From Geosiphon pyriformis uo1 (lineage: Eukaryota; Fungi; Glomeromycota): DNA of 16,167 nucleotides. Each line of letters begins with the position of its first letter. Positions within the stretch are counted from its first letter, which is position 1. Made by a program: the position numbers and the translations under genes. The notes beneath the pieces are model-generated. The model worked only from the letters and a program-made list of their open reading frames with translations. It made no database searches and was not told the origin of the DNA. The stretch is taken from assembly GCA_016748015.1 (NCBI GenBank), contig JAAOMT010000543.1:640317-656483 (forward strand), written 5' to 3'. Shown one piece after another: positions 1-9,242 of the stretch.

Positions 1-624
1 CAGAAAAGACAGATCTCTTAGTTTAGATTTCATCTAAGCAACTTTCAAATTTACAAATATCAATAATAATTATTTGCTATCTCAATTTATTTTCCATTAT
101 TAACACATCATGTTGATAGTATTACATACTTAACTACACTGGAACAATAGCTCTTGATTATGACTATTGATGAGATACTAACTTAATTGCCTTGGCTTAT
201 TTTTTTTTGTTAAACTTTTCTTTTTTTTATTTTTCTCTTTATTGTTGTATACTAATTGTTTAAGAATTAAGTGCTGAGTTACTAACATTAAGATATAGCA
301 CTAATAAAAGACCCAAAAATAAGGGTAAACACTCAAATTTGAGGATAACTTATTAAAAAATTGCCAACTATTATGCCAAGAAAAAAATTGATAGAATTGT
401 GATTCTGGAAAGTAACAGACAAGACAAAACAACTTAACTCAAGGATTGGTACTTGAAACATTACTAAAAGAAAATCACATTTGAATTTCTGTCCATTATA
501 CAAAAGACTTCAACCAAAGCTTTCAGATAATCAAAACTTTTAGATCATAACTATCATATCAGTTATTAGCACCAAATTATGAGTTTGTTATTTAATTAGA
601 AACTCCAAATAATTATCTGTAACA
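1..624 (+). mobile_element. 3' part of the 5' LTR of a plus-strand Ty3/gypsy-like element (element B); left end outside the window
   Basis: Ends in ...TATCTGTAACA(624) followed by TT-TGGTGCT, the same LTR-end/PBS junction (GTAACA-TT-TGGTGCT) seen for element A1 on the minus strand at 10005/10002. No long ORF in 1-624 and no partner LTR in the window. Confidence 0.6.
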
Positions 625-626
625 TT

Positions 627-643
627 TGGTGCTCTCTGTAAGG
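627..643 (+). promoter_or_regulatory. Primer binding site (PBS) of element B
   Basis: TGGTGCTCTCTGTAAGG, 2 nt after the CA end, is complementary to a tRNA 3' end ...ACAGAGAGCACCA. Compatible with an elongator Met-type (or Ile/Thr) acceptor stem; tRNA identity not proven. Confidence 0.75.
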
Positions 644-656
644 TATAATTCAACAG

Positions 657-1157
657 AAAACTAGCACCAGCAATAACTATTCAAAACAGTAACAGAATTA
701 GAAAAAGCAAGGACAAACCACTTGGGATTTGCAAAATTTTTATTTCAGCACTACAAAAGTCATCTGGGATTAACAAATAATAATTGGCCAGCAGAATCAG
801 CTTTTAATTGTTATGTCAATGAAAGGATTGTATATTACTTGGGAAGACAAGGAGATCCAGAATCTGCCTTTAACAATTTCTTTAGTAAACTACTTTAAAC
901 CACTAAATTGCCACAGAATTATTTATTTGTCCCAATAATTACAGAAATAAACAAAAAAATTGAAAAATACATTAAACAAAAATTTTCCATCACTTTTGCA
1001 AACAAAAGAAAGAGAAAGTTACAAACATCAATAAAAACACCAAAACAAATACAATTACTTACTTGGAAGAAAAAATAAGTTGATTCCTCTGCAAATTCTT
1101 TATATTATCACACATTTAGTAACATCATTAATATAACATCAACAGGTATGTCTACAG
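657..1157 (+). pseudogene. N-terminal part of the gag-side ORF of element B, interrupted by the element A insertion
   Basis: The frame from 689 reads VTELEKARTNHLGFAKFLFQHYKSHLGLTNNNWPAESAFNCYVNERIVYYLGRQGDPESAFNNFFSKLL*TTKLPQNYLFVPIITEINKKIEKYIKQKFSITFANKRKRKLQTSIKTPKQIQLLTWKKK*VDSSANSLYYHTFSNIINITSTGMST. It has only two TAA stops in ~155 codons, lies directly after the PBS, and ends abruptly at the TG of the LTR at 1158. Confidence 0.65.
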
Positions 1158-1333
1158 TGTTACTGGAAATTTTTGGTCTTTTTTCTTGAATGTTGTTAAT
1201 GTTGATTTGCTGTGAATTCATGTTTCCAGAAAGTAGTTAAATCTCCAATAACTGAATTTATCTTCAAATTATCTCCTATAATTTGAATTGCTGGGCTTAT
1301 AAGTGGAATGGTCAATTCTTTGTCAGTTACTTT

Positions 1334-1458
1334 TATGTAGTTACATTGTAGTAAACATCAACTCTTTTCCAGGAATTGCTTATCTAGAAGCTCACTAAAA
1401 ATATGTAGTTACTTTGCTGTAAAAGTCAACTCTTTTACAGGAATTTTGTCTGTAAGCT
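1334..1458. repeat. Two degenerate ~58-bp direct repeats (period ~68 bp) inside the LTR
   Basis: TATGTAGTTACATTGTAGTAAACATCAACTCTTTTCCAGGAATT (1334) versus TATGTAGTTACTTTGCTGTAAAAGTCAACTCTTTTACAGGAATT (1402). The same pair occurs at 10181/10248 in the other LTR. Confidence 0.8.
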
Positions 1459-1771
1459 ACCCTAATAATTGTAATAAGAAAAATAAAAGAAAGATAAAAG
1501 AAATGTAAAAGAAATAGAATTTTATCAAGAGAAACGTTTTCTATCCAGGTCTGGAGTTATTAACAGTTTACTGAAATTGGTAGCTAATCAATTTCAAAAT
1601 GTTAGTTGTGTTGAGGAAATTTCAAGTGTAATAATTTAAAAATTTGGTTTTTGAATATTTAATTTTATTTGATTTTGTAAAAAGATGATTTGTTTTAATT
1701 AAGATATCTAAAGTAAGGTACTATGTTAAAATATTATGAGAAGATATATTTTCTTGAAGAGAGAAGCTTTT

Positions 1772-1779
1772 CTTTTATA
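1772..1779 (-). promoter_or_regulatory. Candidate TATA box in U3 of the 3' LTR
   Basis: TATAAAAG on the minus (sense) strand, ~290 nt into the LTR, conserved at 10616-10623. Confidence 0.55.
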
Positions 1780-2050
1780 CAACTTGTTATAGTATTAGTC
1801 TTTGAACTTGTACTTTTCTTTTTACTACAATTTGGGTAAACTAAAAATACATTTCGGCGAATTTTGACTATGTTAAAAGGTTCAAGATATTGTGTAATTT
1901 GATCATCTTAATTTCTAGAGTACAAATTGGATTATTGATTAAGTAATAATATTTAATAATTTGATTAAATAATAAGTGATAATCGAAATAATAATGATAT
2001 ATGCTAATTAATAATAAGAATTATAAGGATAATTTCATGCTAATTAATAG

Positions 2051-2758
2051 CTAAAATTCTACTGGTAACATAATCTCCTCCTCAAGACTGAGCTCCATTG
2101 AAGTCCAAGCACTATATGTGATGTTAAAATAGTGGTCCAAGATAATTGAAGTAATCTGGTCTGAAAATTGTTGAAATTTCAGTTCTGTGAGTTTTCCAAT
2201 GTATTGAACTTTCATTGGTTGGAGTATTGAATTTTGTAAAACGTTTTCACAAGTGTTGAATAAATCATAGAGTCTAAAAGCTGCTTTAAGTTTATAGCAA
2301 GTGTTTGTTAATTCAGCTGCTGTCTTAAATTCATTGTGAATTTGTTTTTATATAGCTTTAGGAGTAATATTGGTTGCTTTAAGTTCCAGTTTTCGTTCAT
2401 AAAGTGTTTTTCCAATGTGAAATTATCTATATAGAAGAGTATGTTCATTGTTCTATTTATTAAGAAATAGTAGAAGTTTCTGTTAAATTGTGGCATTTGG
2501 TAGAATGTCAATAGAAGCAATTAAAAGGTTTTCTTTTAGTGCTTGCTTCAAAAGTTCTGGTAATCTATTTTCAGAGTGTTTTCTTGTTTTTCTTCTATAG
2601 AGGTGATAGTTCTGAAAATTATTTACTATTGGGGCTGTGGTTTCTTTCTGAATGTAATTAATTTGACTTCCATTAATCGTTATGGATAAGTCAAGAAGTG
2701 TTTTTAAGGCTAACATTAATTTTTGGGATATTTATTGAATATTTCGGGAAATAATCAT
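2051..2758 (-). pseudogene. ORF3: accessory ORF of unknown function in the env position (~235 aa), copy A1
   Basis: ATG at 2758 to TAG at 2051 in one frame (708 nt), broken by three TAA stops where copy A2 has CAA. Reads MIISRNIQ*ISQKLMLALKTLLDLSIT...YKLKAAFRLYDLFNTCENVLQNSILQPMKVQYIGKLTELKFQQFSDQITSIILDHYFNITYSAWTSMELSLEEEIMLPVEF*. Confidence 0.85.
2071..2083 (-). promoter_or_regulatory. Polypurine tract (PPT) of copy A1
   Basis: Minus strand GAGGAGGAGATTA immediately precedes the TG of the 3' LTR. The equivalent GAAGAGGAGATTA is at 10976-10988. Confidence 0.8.
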
Positions 2759-2896
2759 GATAAAAATTGACTAATTAATAAAAAAAATAAAGAAAATTAT
2801 TTTTCGGATATGGGGTTTTTAGGTTTAAATGTTTCTTTGTAATTATTTACTATTTTTGATTTATGTTTTGTGAGTTTATTGTAAAATTATGTTGGA

Positions 2897-4282
2897 TTAA
2901 GTGTTCAAGTTTAGCTGTTGTTTTATTATAATTATTGATTCTAAATTTTGGGAAATATCTTCAGGATTAACTAAAGAGGAATGTGTACCAATTTGTGAAA
3001 TTAATGGTTCAGGATTGTTTCTGAAATAATAGTGTTTCAATCTATTTCCATGTGCAACTTTTGTTAATACTTTGTTATCAAGTCTTAATTTGTATAATCT
3101 ATTGCCTAGAATTTCGTGAATATAAAATAGTCCATCTCATTTGTTTTCAAATTTTCCACTCCATTGTTTTTTAGCCTTAATTTTGTGTAAGAAAACTTTA
3201 TTTCCAACTTTAAATTTGTTGGTTATGGGTGGTAATTTGTTGTCATGTCTTTCTTTTTGTTGAGCTTGGGAATATTCAATGTGAGTTGCTGCTATCCTTT
3301 TTTTTCCTTCCAGTGTACTAAAAAGAGTGTAGGCCCTTCTTTGGAGTGTTTCTTGAAAGTTTTCTTCATTAATTAGTTGTACTGGATATGTTTCCACTGT
3401 AAAATTAATTGGTAATGTTGTTGTCCTTCCATAAGTAAGATCAAATAGTATGTGTTTCATAGTATCTTGTTTTAGTGTTCTGTATGCTAGTAACACTGAT
3501 GGAATAAAGATATCTCATTTCTGTTCAAAATTTGTTGAGACTTTGGCTAAAGATTCACACAATGTTCTGTTGAAACATTCTACAAGTCCATTTGTTTAAG
3601 AGTAATAAGGTAATGATAGAGGTCTTTTAATATTGAATTGTTCACAAATTTCTTGTATCAAGTTGTTCACAAAATGTGTTCCTTGATCAGATAAAAGTTC
3701 AATTGGGCATCTATGTCTGCAGATAATGTCTTTATAGATGAAATTTGCTACTGATTTTGCATCTGCTCTTTGGATGGCTCTAGCTTCAGGTCATTTGGTA
3801 AGATAATCTACTACAACTGCAATATAACAATTTCCTTGGATTGTAATAGATAATGGTCCGACTAAATCAATTTCAACTCTGTCAAAAGATTGTCCAACTT
3901 TAATTGGATTTAGAGATTTTGTGAGGCAAGTTCCTTTTCTTCTTTGACAACTATCACAAGATTCTACATATTGTCGAATGTCTTTTTGCATTTGAGGCCA
4001 AAAGTAATGTTCAAGTGTTCTTTGGAGTGTTCTATCTCTTCCCAAGTGTACTGAAGATGGGTCTGTATGCATGTTGTATAGAATTGTTTTTTTTTCATTT
4101 TCCTGTACTAATCTGAGTGGTTGGTTTGGGTTCTTATAATTTGTGTAATAGATTTTGTTGTGGTGTATGAAATATTGTTTGGATTGTTGTTGTAATTGAT
4201 GTTTTTCACTTGGAGACCAATTTTCGAGCATGGTAAGTGTTTCCAAATAGTTTTTAAAATTATTGTAATTTCTGGGATCTAT
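2897..4282 (-). pseudogene. Integrase (HHCC zinc finger, DDE core, GPF/Y module; no chromodomain), encoded as a separate ORF, copy A1
   Basis: Motifs HTDPSSVHLG...YFWPQM...CDSCQ, IDLVGPL, SDQGTHF, NGLVE and KFENK*DGLFYIHEILGNRLYKL...HGNRLKHY. Terminal TAA at 2897-2899 is shared with copy A2 (11824-11826). Includes track ORFs 3791..4246 and 3137..3496. Confidence 0.93.
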
Positions 4283-4338
4283 TTGTTGTTTTGTTGTTTT
4301 GTTGATAGTAGTATGTTGTAGTAGAATTATTAGTGATA

Positions 4339-4760
4339 TTAATCTTGTCTTATTCTTGAGAAGCTATCAACATTGGTGTGTAGTTTTCCTGGTTTGTGCT
4401 GTACAATATATCTGTAATTTGCTAGGAAATTATTCTATTGAGACTGTTTAGCACTTTGTTCAATTTTCTTTTTATTAAGCCATTTGAGACCAATATTGTC
4501 AGTTATAATGTTAAATTCTTTTCCATTCTTCAGGTATTGTTGAAAATGTTTGAGAGCCCAAATGGCTGCAGTAGCTTCTAGTTCAGTTGAGCCATATTTG
4601 AGTTTTGTTGGTTTGAGTGTTCTATTAGCATAAACAATGACTTGTTCCTGGCCATTTTTATCCAATTGTAATAGAATAGTACCAAATGCTATGTGTGAAG
4701 CATCAGTGGCTAGTTAGAATTGTTTGTTGAAGTTTGGATAAGCAAGAACTGGGGCAGTTG
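4339..4760 (-). other. RNase H domain (Ty3/gypsy type), copy A1
   Basis: APVLAYPNFNKQF*LATDASHIAFGTILLQ...VIVYANRTL...YGSTELEATAAIWALKHFQQYL...IITDN...HKPGKLHTNVDSFSR. Confidence 0.93.
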
Positions 4761-5700
4761 TCAATCTTGTTTTGAGGGTTTCAAAAGCTTTTTGTTGTTC
4801 TTCTGTCTATTTGTATGGCACATTTTTGTTGGTGAAGTAATTGAGTGGTTTGGCAATTTCTAAGAATCCTTTAATGAATTTCTGATAGTAGGAGGCTAAT
4901 TCTACTAATTCTCGTAGCTCTGTAGTATTTTTGGGAGTTTGGAAGTTTTTGACAGCACTATTGTTTCAGAATTTGGTTTGACTCTATCTTTGCTTACAAT
5001 GTGTTCAAGAAATATTAAGCTTGTTTTTCCAAAGTGACATTTCTCAATATTCAACTTTAATTCTGCTTTCTATAATCATTAAAAAACTTCTCTCAGGTGA
5101 ATGAGGTGGACTTCAAAGCTTGGTGAGTATACATCAGTGTTATCAAGATAGACAATTACTGATTGCCATAAGAACCTTTCATATACAACATCCATGAGTC
5201 ATTGGAATGTTGTTGGTGCATTATAGAGTCTAAAAGGCATAACATTAAACTCATAGTTTCTTTCTTGAGTGGTGAATGCTGTTTTGGATCGGTCTTTTGG
5301 GTCCATTTCAACTTCCAGTATCCACTTTCCAAGTCTAAAGTTGAGAAGAACTTGGCTTTTTCTAAAGCATTTAGCATGTCATCAATTTTTAGAAGAGGGT
5401 AGACATCTCTAATTGTAACACTATTCAGTTGTCTATAATCAACACAGAATCTGATTTTTTTGTTCTTCTTTTTAATTAAAACTACTGGTAAGGCCCAAAG
5501 ACTTCTTGATGGTTGAATCAATCCATTATTGAGCATTCTCTGGACTTCTTCCCTGATGAATTGGTGGCTAGCAGATGGCACTCTGTAAGCTTGTTGTTGT
5601 TTTGGTGGAGCATCTTCTGTATGGATCTGATGTTAGACAATATTAGTTTTTCCCAGGTCATTGTTGTCTTTTGCAAATATATGCAAATTCAGCTATCAAT
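4761..5700 (-). other. Reverse transcriptase domain, copy A1
   Basis: IQPSRSLWALPVVLIKKKNKKIRFCVDYRQLN...FFSTLDLESGYW, then TAF...MPF-L-NAPTTFQ. The catalytic YLDD has decayed to YLDN at 5139-5150. Internal frameshifts present. Confidence 0.95.
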
Positions 5701-6182
5701 TGTTTCAATTGTCTTTGTTGTTGGAGTTTTAAGGGACCCATATTGATTCTAAAGAGTTTTTCTTTCAACAAATGATAATTTTCAGTAGTAGGAATGATAT
5801 TTGGATTTAGAAATAGTGTATGTCTTATAATTTCGATGAAATTAGAAACAACTTGAGGGTTTTCATCTTGAAAGATGTTACTGTGTATGATTCCAATCTC
5901 TAATTTGTTCAGTAAGACAATAAGGTAATTATTGGAATTATAGAATATAACTCGAAATTTTTTCATTTCTTTGGGAATATAAATGTTTGGAATTGAGATT
6001 TCATGCTTCAGACAGATTTGTTTATTAGATTCAAAGATTTGTTGGGTAGTGGTGGGTTTTGAGCAGGTGTAAATTTTGTGATGTTCACCAAAAAGTGAAA
6101 TGGTAATTGGTTGGGAAAGTTGAAGAATCTGGTGAGATTCATTCTGTGTATTAAGAGCTCTGTTTACTGAAACTGTAAATTG

Positions 6183-6612
6183 TTCAGTTGAACCAAAACC
6201 TTGAGTTTCTCTTTCACTTTTTCCCAATTGTTCTCTGTTTTTAATTGATTGTAAACCTGAAATGTTGATTAAGGGTAGATAAATTGCTTGGGCAATTTTC
6301 TCAGCATGTTCAATTCTGAATGGTTTGTCTGTTTCATTTTGTAACATAATGGTGATGTCTTCAGTATATCCTGCATCTATAATTCCTTCTCTAATGTTGA
6401 TTTCTTTGCTTGCCAATAATAATCTGGATGCAATTTGAACTATTGCTCCAGGTGGAATTTCAAAAGCGATTTTGAGATTGATTTTTGTCAAATATTTTGG
6501 TTGGAGAACCAAAATATCTTTTTCTGGGTATCTTAGATTATATCCAGCATCAATTTCGTGTGCTTTTTCTGGTCTGATTCCTTGGCTATGGTTGTTGAAA
6601 TATTTAAGTTGT
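6183..6612 (-). other. dut: dUTPase domain between protease and RT, copy A1
   Basis: All five trimeric dUTPase motifs in order: DAGYNL (I), SRLLLA (II; RSSLA in A2), GIIDAGYTE (III), EKIAQ (IV), RETQGFGSTE (V). Confidence 0.92.
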
Positions 6613-6719
6613 AAAGGTGGTTGTTTTTTAAGAAGATAAATGAGGGTGGTTGGTAGTTTTTTTATCAGTTCAGATGCTCCAAATTCGATTTCATTTTTAT
6701 CATTCTCATCTGGCAGGAA

Positions 6720-7335
6720 AATGCTAAGAGCATAGTATTTTAAACATCATTGGTCATTACAAAGCATAATACATTCTTCACACAATTGAATATTCATTTG
6801 CTCTAATTGTTGAATTTGAGCTTTTTTGGTTGGGTATGTATAACTTGCAATTTGGTGATAGGTTTCTATTTCATCTTCATAATCAAATCCAGCTAATTCT
6901 ATGGTATACTCAATGTATTCAGCTTCTTTCATTTGGTGGACATCTTCTTGGATGGCTCCATTAATTAATGCCATTGCTAAGTCAAAAATTATTTCAGCAT
7001 TATGAAGGTAGTGGTAGAGTTTGTTGAGAGCACTGTTGTATGCTACATCAAAAAGTGTTCCTTTTTTAACTTTTTTCGAAATTGATAAGACATATTGACA
7101 GGTTTGATCACATATCCCTCCTCTTATTGCAATATCAATTTAGTTGTATTCTTCTGGTAGCATATCTCCACATGTAAAACAAGAAGTGTTGTTTTATTTT
7201 TTACTCCTTTTGGGATATATAAATCGTTCTTTATGGCATGCTTTGCAAAAGTAGTAGGTACAAGTTTCATATTCCTCTTCTGGAGAAATACAAGCTCTCA
7301 TAGATGAAAGTTTTTTGTTGCAATCTTTGTATTTG
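6720..7335 (-). other. Cys-rich (putative multi-zinc-binding) plus helical domain between protease and dUTPase
   Basis: In frame: YKDCNKK..ACIS..TCTYYFCKACH..SCFTCG..ICDQTCQY..(helical segment)..LCEECIMLCNDQ*CLKY. The last cluster reads CKEYIMPCDNKWCPECY in A2. Zinc binding is inferred from the CxxC spacing. Confidence 0.6.
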
Positions 7336-7549
7336 AGTGGAATATAAGATGGTTGTTTCTGTGGTTTTGGTATAGAATATCTAACTTTTTTCCATCTTCT
7401 TGATTCTTTAAAAATCTCTTGTTTTGTTTCTTTAGCCCAATTGAATATTGATCCAAGAGCCATGTAGATTTCAGTAAGTGGCATTTTTTTTTTCTCTTCA
7501 AATTCAAACACTGGGGCTTTTTTTGATTGTTTGTTGAAAGTACCACAAG

Positions 7550-7925
7550 TAGCAAGTACAATAGTGTATTGTCCTTGGTATAAGATTTTTAGTTCCTGAG
7601 TTTCCCAGTCTAAATTTGCATTGGCCTTAAGAAGCCAATTATTTCTGACCAGAGCTTGGTATTGGGGTGCATCTATGATTAAGACTTTGACTGGAATGGT
7701 AATTCCATCAATAGTGAATAGGAAATTGTCAATTTCTTCTACTGGTGTCTTTTTTATACCATTTGCTGTAACAATTACAGTTTGGGCTGGTCTGTCAACA
7801 GTTCTTTAGAGCTGTTGTATTAATTGGTAAGTGATAATACTTCCAGCTAATCTACAGTCTAGAATTAATCAGATGGGCTTTCTTTTAACTGTAGCTTCAG
7901 TATACATGGAAGTAATAGCTTTTTG
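7550..7925 (-). other. Retropepsin-type aspartic protease domain, copy A1
   Basis: KPI*LILDCRLAGSII (LILDSGSAGSII in A2 at 16086-16094), flap-like VTANG..KTPVEEI, and the C-terminal ALV(G)NDWL-type motif. Confidence 0.88.
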
Positions 7926-8486
7926 CTTATTGACTGCTGCATTACTAAGCAAGAATGATAATTCATTTGCTTCAAGTTCGAATGAGAATATATCTGATAG
8001 GTTGGCATTTTGGGCAATTTGGGCTGGTGGAATAGTATTGTTGGAAGAGTTTGATGTTAGTGCTGCAACTTCATCTTCAAAAAGTGCAGTTTGTTGAAAA
8101 TTCGATCTTTTAGGTATTGTAAGATAACTGGATTGAGTGTGATAGTGGTTGGGTCTTTGCTGACCAGAATTTTGGAGAACCAACTGGTTATTTGGGTTGA
8201 TTCTGTTATTGTTATTCTGAAATTGGTTTTGGGATGTGAATTGGTTATGTTAAACCAATTTTCTAGCTGGTACTTGATATTGTTGAGTGGGTGGTGTCTG
8301 ATATTGTTGAATTGGCAAAGGTTGTTGATATTGTTGCTACATTGATTATAGAGCTGGTTGATAATAATTGTTTTGATTTTGTGGTCTTGGTGAGTAATAA
8401 GTTGGTGGTGGAGGTTGGTAATAAGATTGTTGTGGTGAAAAGTAATGTTGATTACTTCTGTTTTGTTGGTCTCTTTGTAATTTTCT

Positions 8487-8528
8487 GCAATCTTGTTTTC
8501 AGTGTTTTGGGATTCCACAATAATGACA
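8487..8528 (-). other. Nucleocapsid CCHC zinc knuckle
   Basis: CHYCGIPKH*KQDC = Cx2Cx4Hx4C, in the gag frame; the stop is a TGA at an expected Trp. Confidence 0.88.
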
Positions 8529-8699
8529 ATTTTGAGGTTGGTTGTTAGATAGTAATCCAAAGTTGTTTTGGTTGTGTTGTTGTGGTGGTTAATATCTTTG
8601 TGGTTGCTGCTGCTGTTGTTGTTGATTGATGAAATAGTTTTCAACCTTTTTTGTGAGTTGGTCTATTTTTTTTTCAGCTGCTGAGCTGGTTTCTCCAAT

Positions 8700-9242
8700 A
8701 GCTAGGTTGACAAGTTTGGTGTAGTTTACTTCTTCTATTGCCATTTCATAGTTTTTTGCATGTTTAATAGCAGTTGCTAAGTCTTTTAGAGCATGTAAAT
8801 AAACTTTCTTAATGAGTTTGTCTTTTAATTCAGCTATGAATTGATCCAAAATCTGGGCATCAGAATAGTAATTATTGGTTTCCAATTGTCAAATTTGTCG
8901 AAGAAGTTTGTTAAATCTCCCAAAATAAGTTATAATAGTCTCAGCTGTTTCTTGTTTAATATTGCGAAAGCAATTGTGGAGAGTAATAAAGATGTTGTTG
9001 TCAGTAAATTGTTATAGAAAAGCATCTTTGAATGCTTGCCAATCTTCAAATGGTCTTTTTAAGTTTTTAAACCATTTTCTTGCAATTCCTTAGAAAAAAT
9101 ATGGGATTGTCTTAAGCATTCTTGCTGTATTTTAACCATTTGTATCTTCTGCTTTCTGAACTTTATCAAGTCATTTTTGAGGACTGGTATCATTGTTTTT
9201 ATCAGTGAATTCTGGAATTTTTGCAATATAAGCAGTTGCCAT
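8700..9242 (-). other. gag: Gag capsid domain (retrotransposon gag type)
   Basis: MATAYIAKIPEFTD...Q.*LDKV...IPYFF*GIARKWF...DWQAFKDAFL*QF...FRNIKQETAETIITYFGRFNKL (major-homology-like QxxxETxxxYxxRF)...LDQFIAELK. Confidence 0.88.

Larger units (their letters stand above)
1158..2070 (-). repeat. 3' LTR of copy A1 (913 bp)
   Basis: Starts TGTTACTGG and ends CTGGTAACA (terminal inverted repeat; likely ancestral TGTTACCGG...CCGGTAACA). Colinear with 10005-10975; about 13% mismatch counted by eye over the first ~170 bp, almost all transitions. Confidence 0.95.

Noticed and set aside
1664-1669. AATAAA polyadenylation signal on the minus strand of the LTR
   Set aside because: It is not conserved exactly in the other LTR and is expected by chance in such AT-rich DNA.
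2051-2758. ORF3 as a true env/fusogen
   Set aside because: It is too short and shows no visible signal peptide, transmembrane anchor or cleavage motif.
2897-3030. Chromodomain at the integrase C-terminus
   Set aside because: Only ~45 residues follow the GPF/Y module, with no aromatic-cage or YLVKW-type pattern.
7869-7871. Programmed gag/pol readthrough at the TGA shared by both copies just before LILDSG
   Set aside because: It lies inside the protease fold, four codons before the catalytic Asp, and is simply explained as CGA>TGA or TGG>TGA decay, which recurs at shared sites elsewhere. A consensus would settle it.
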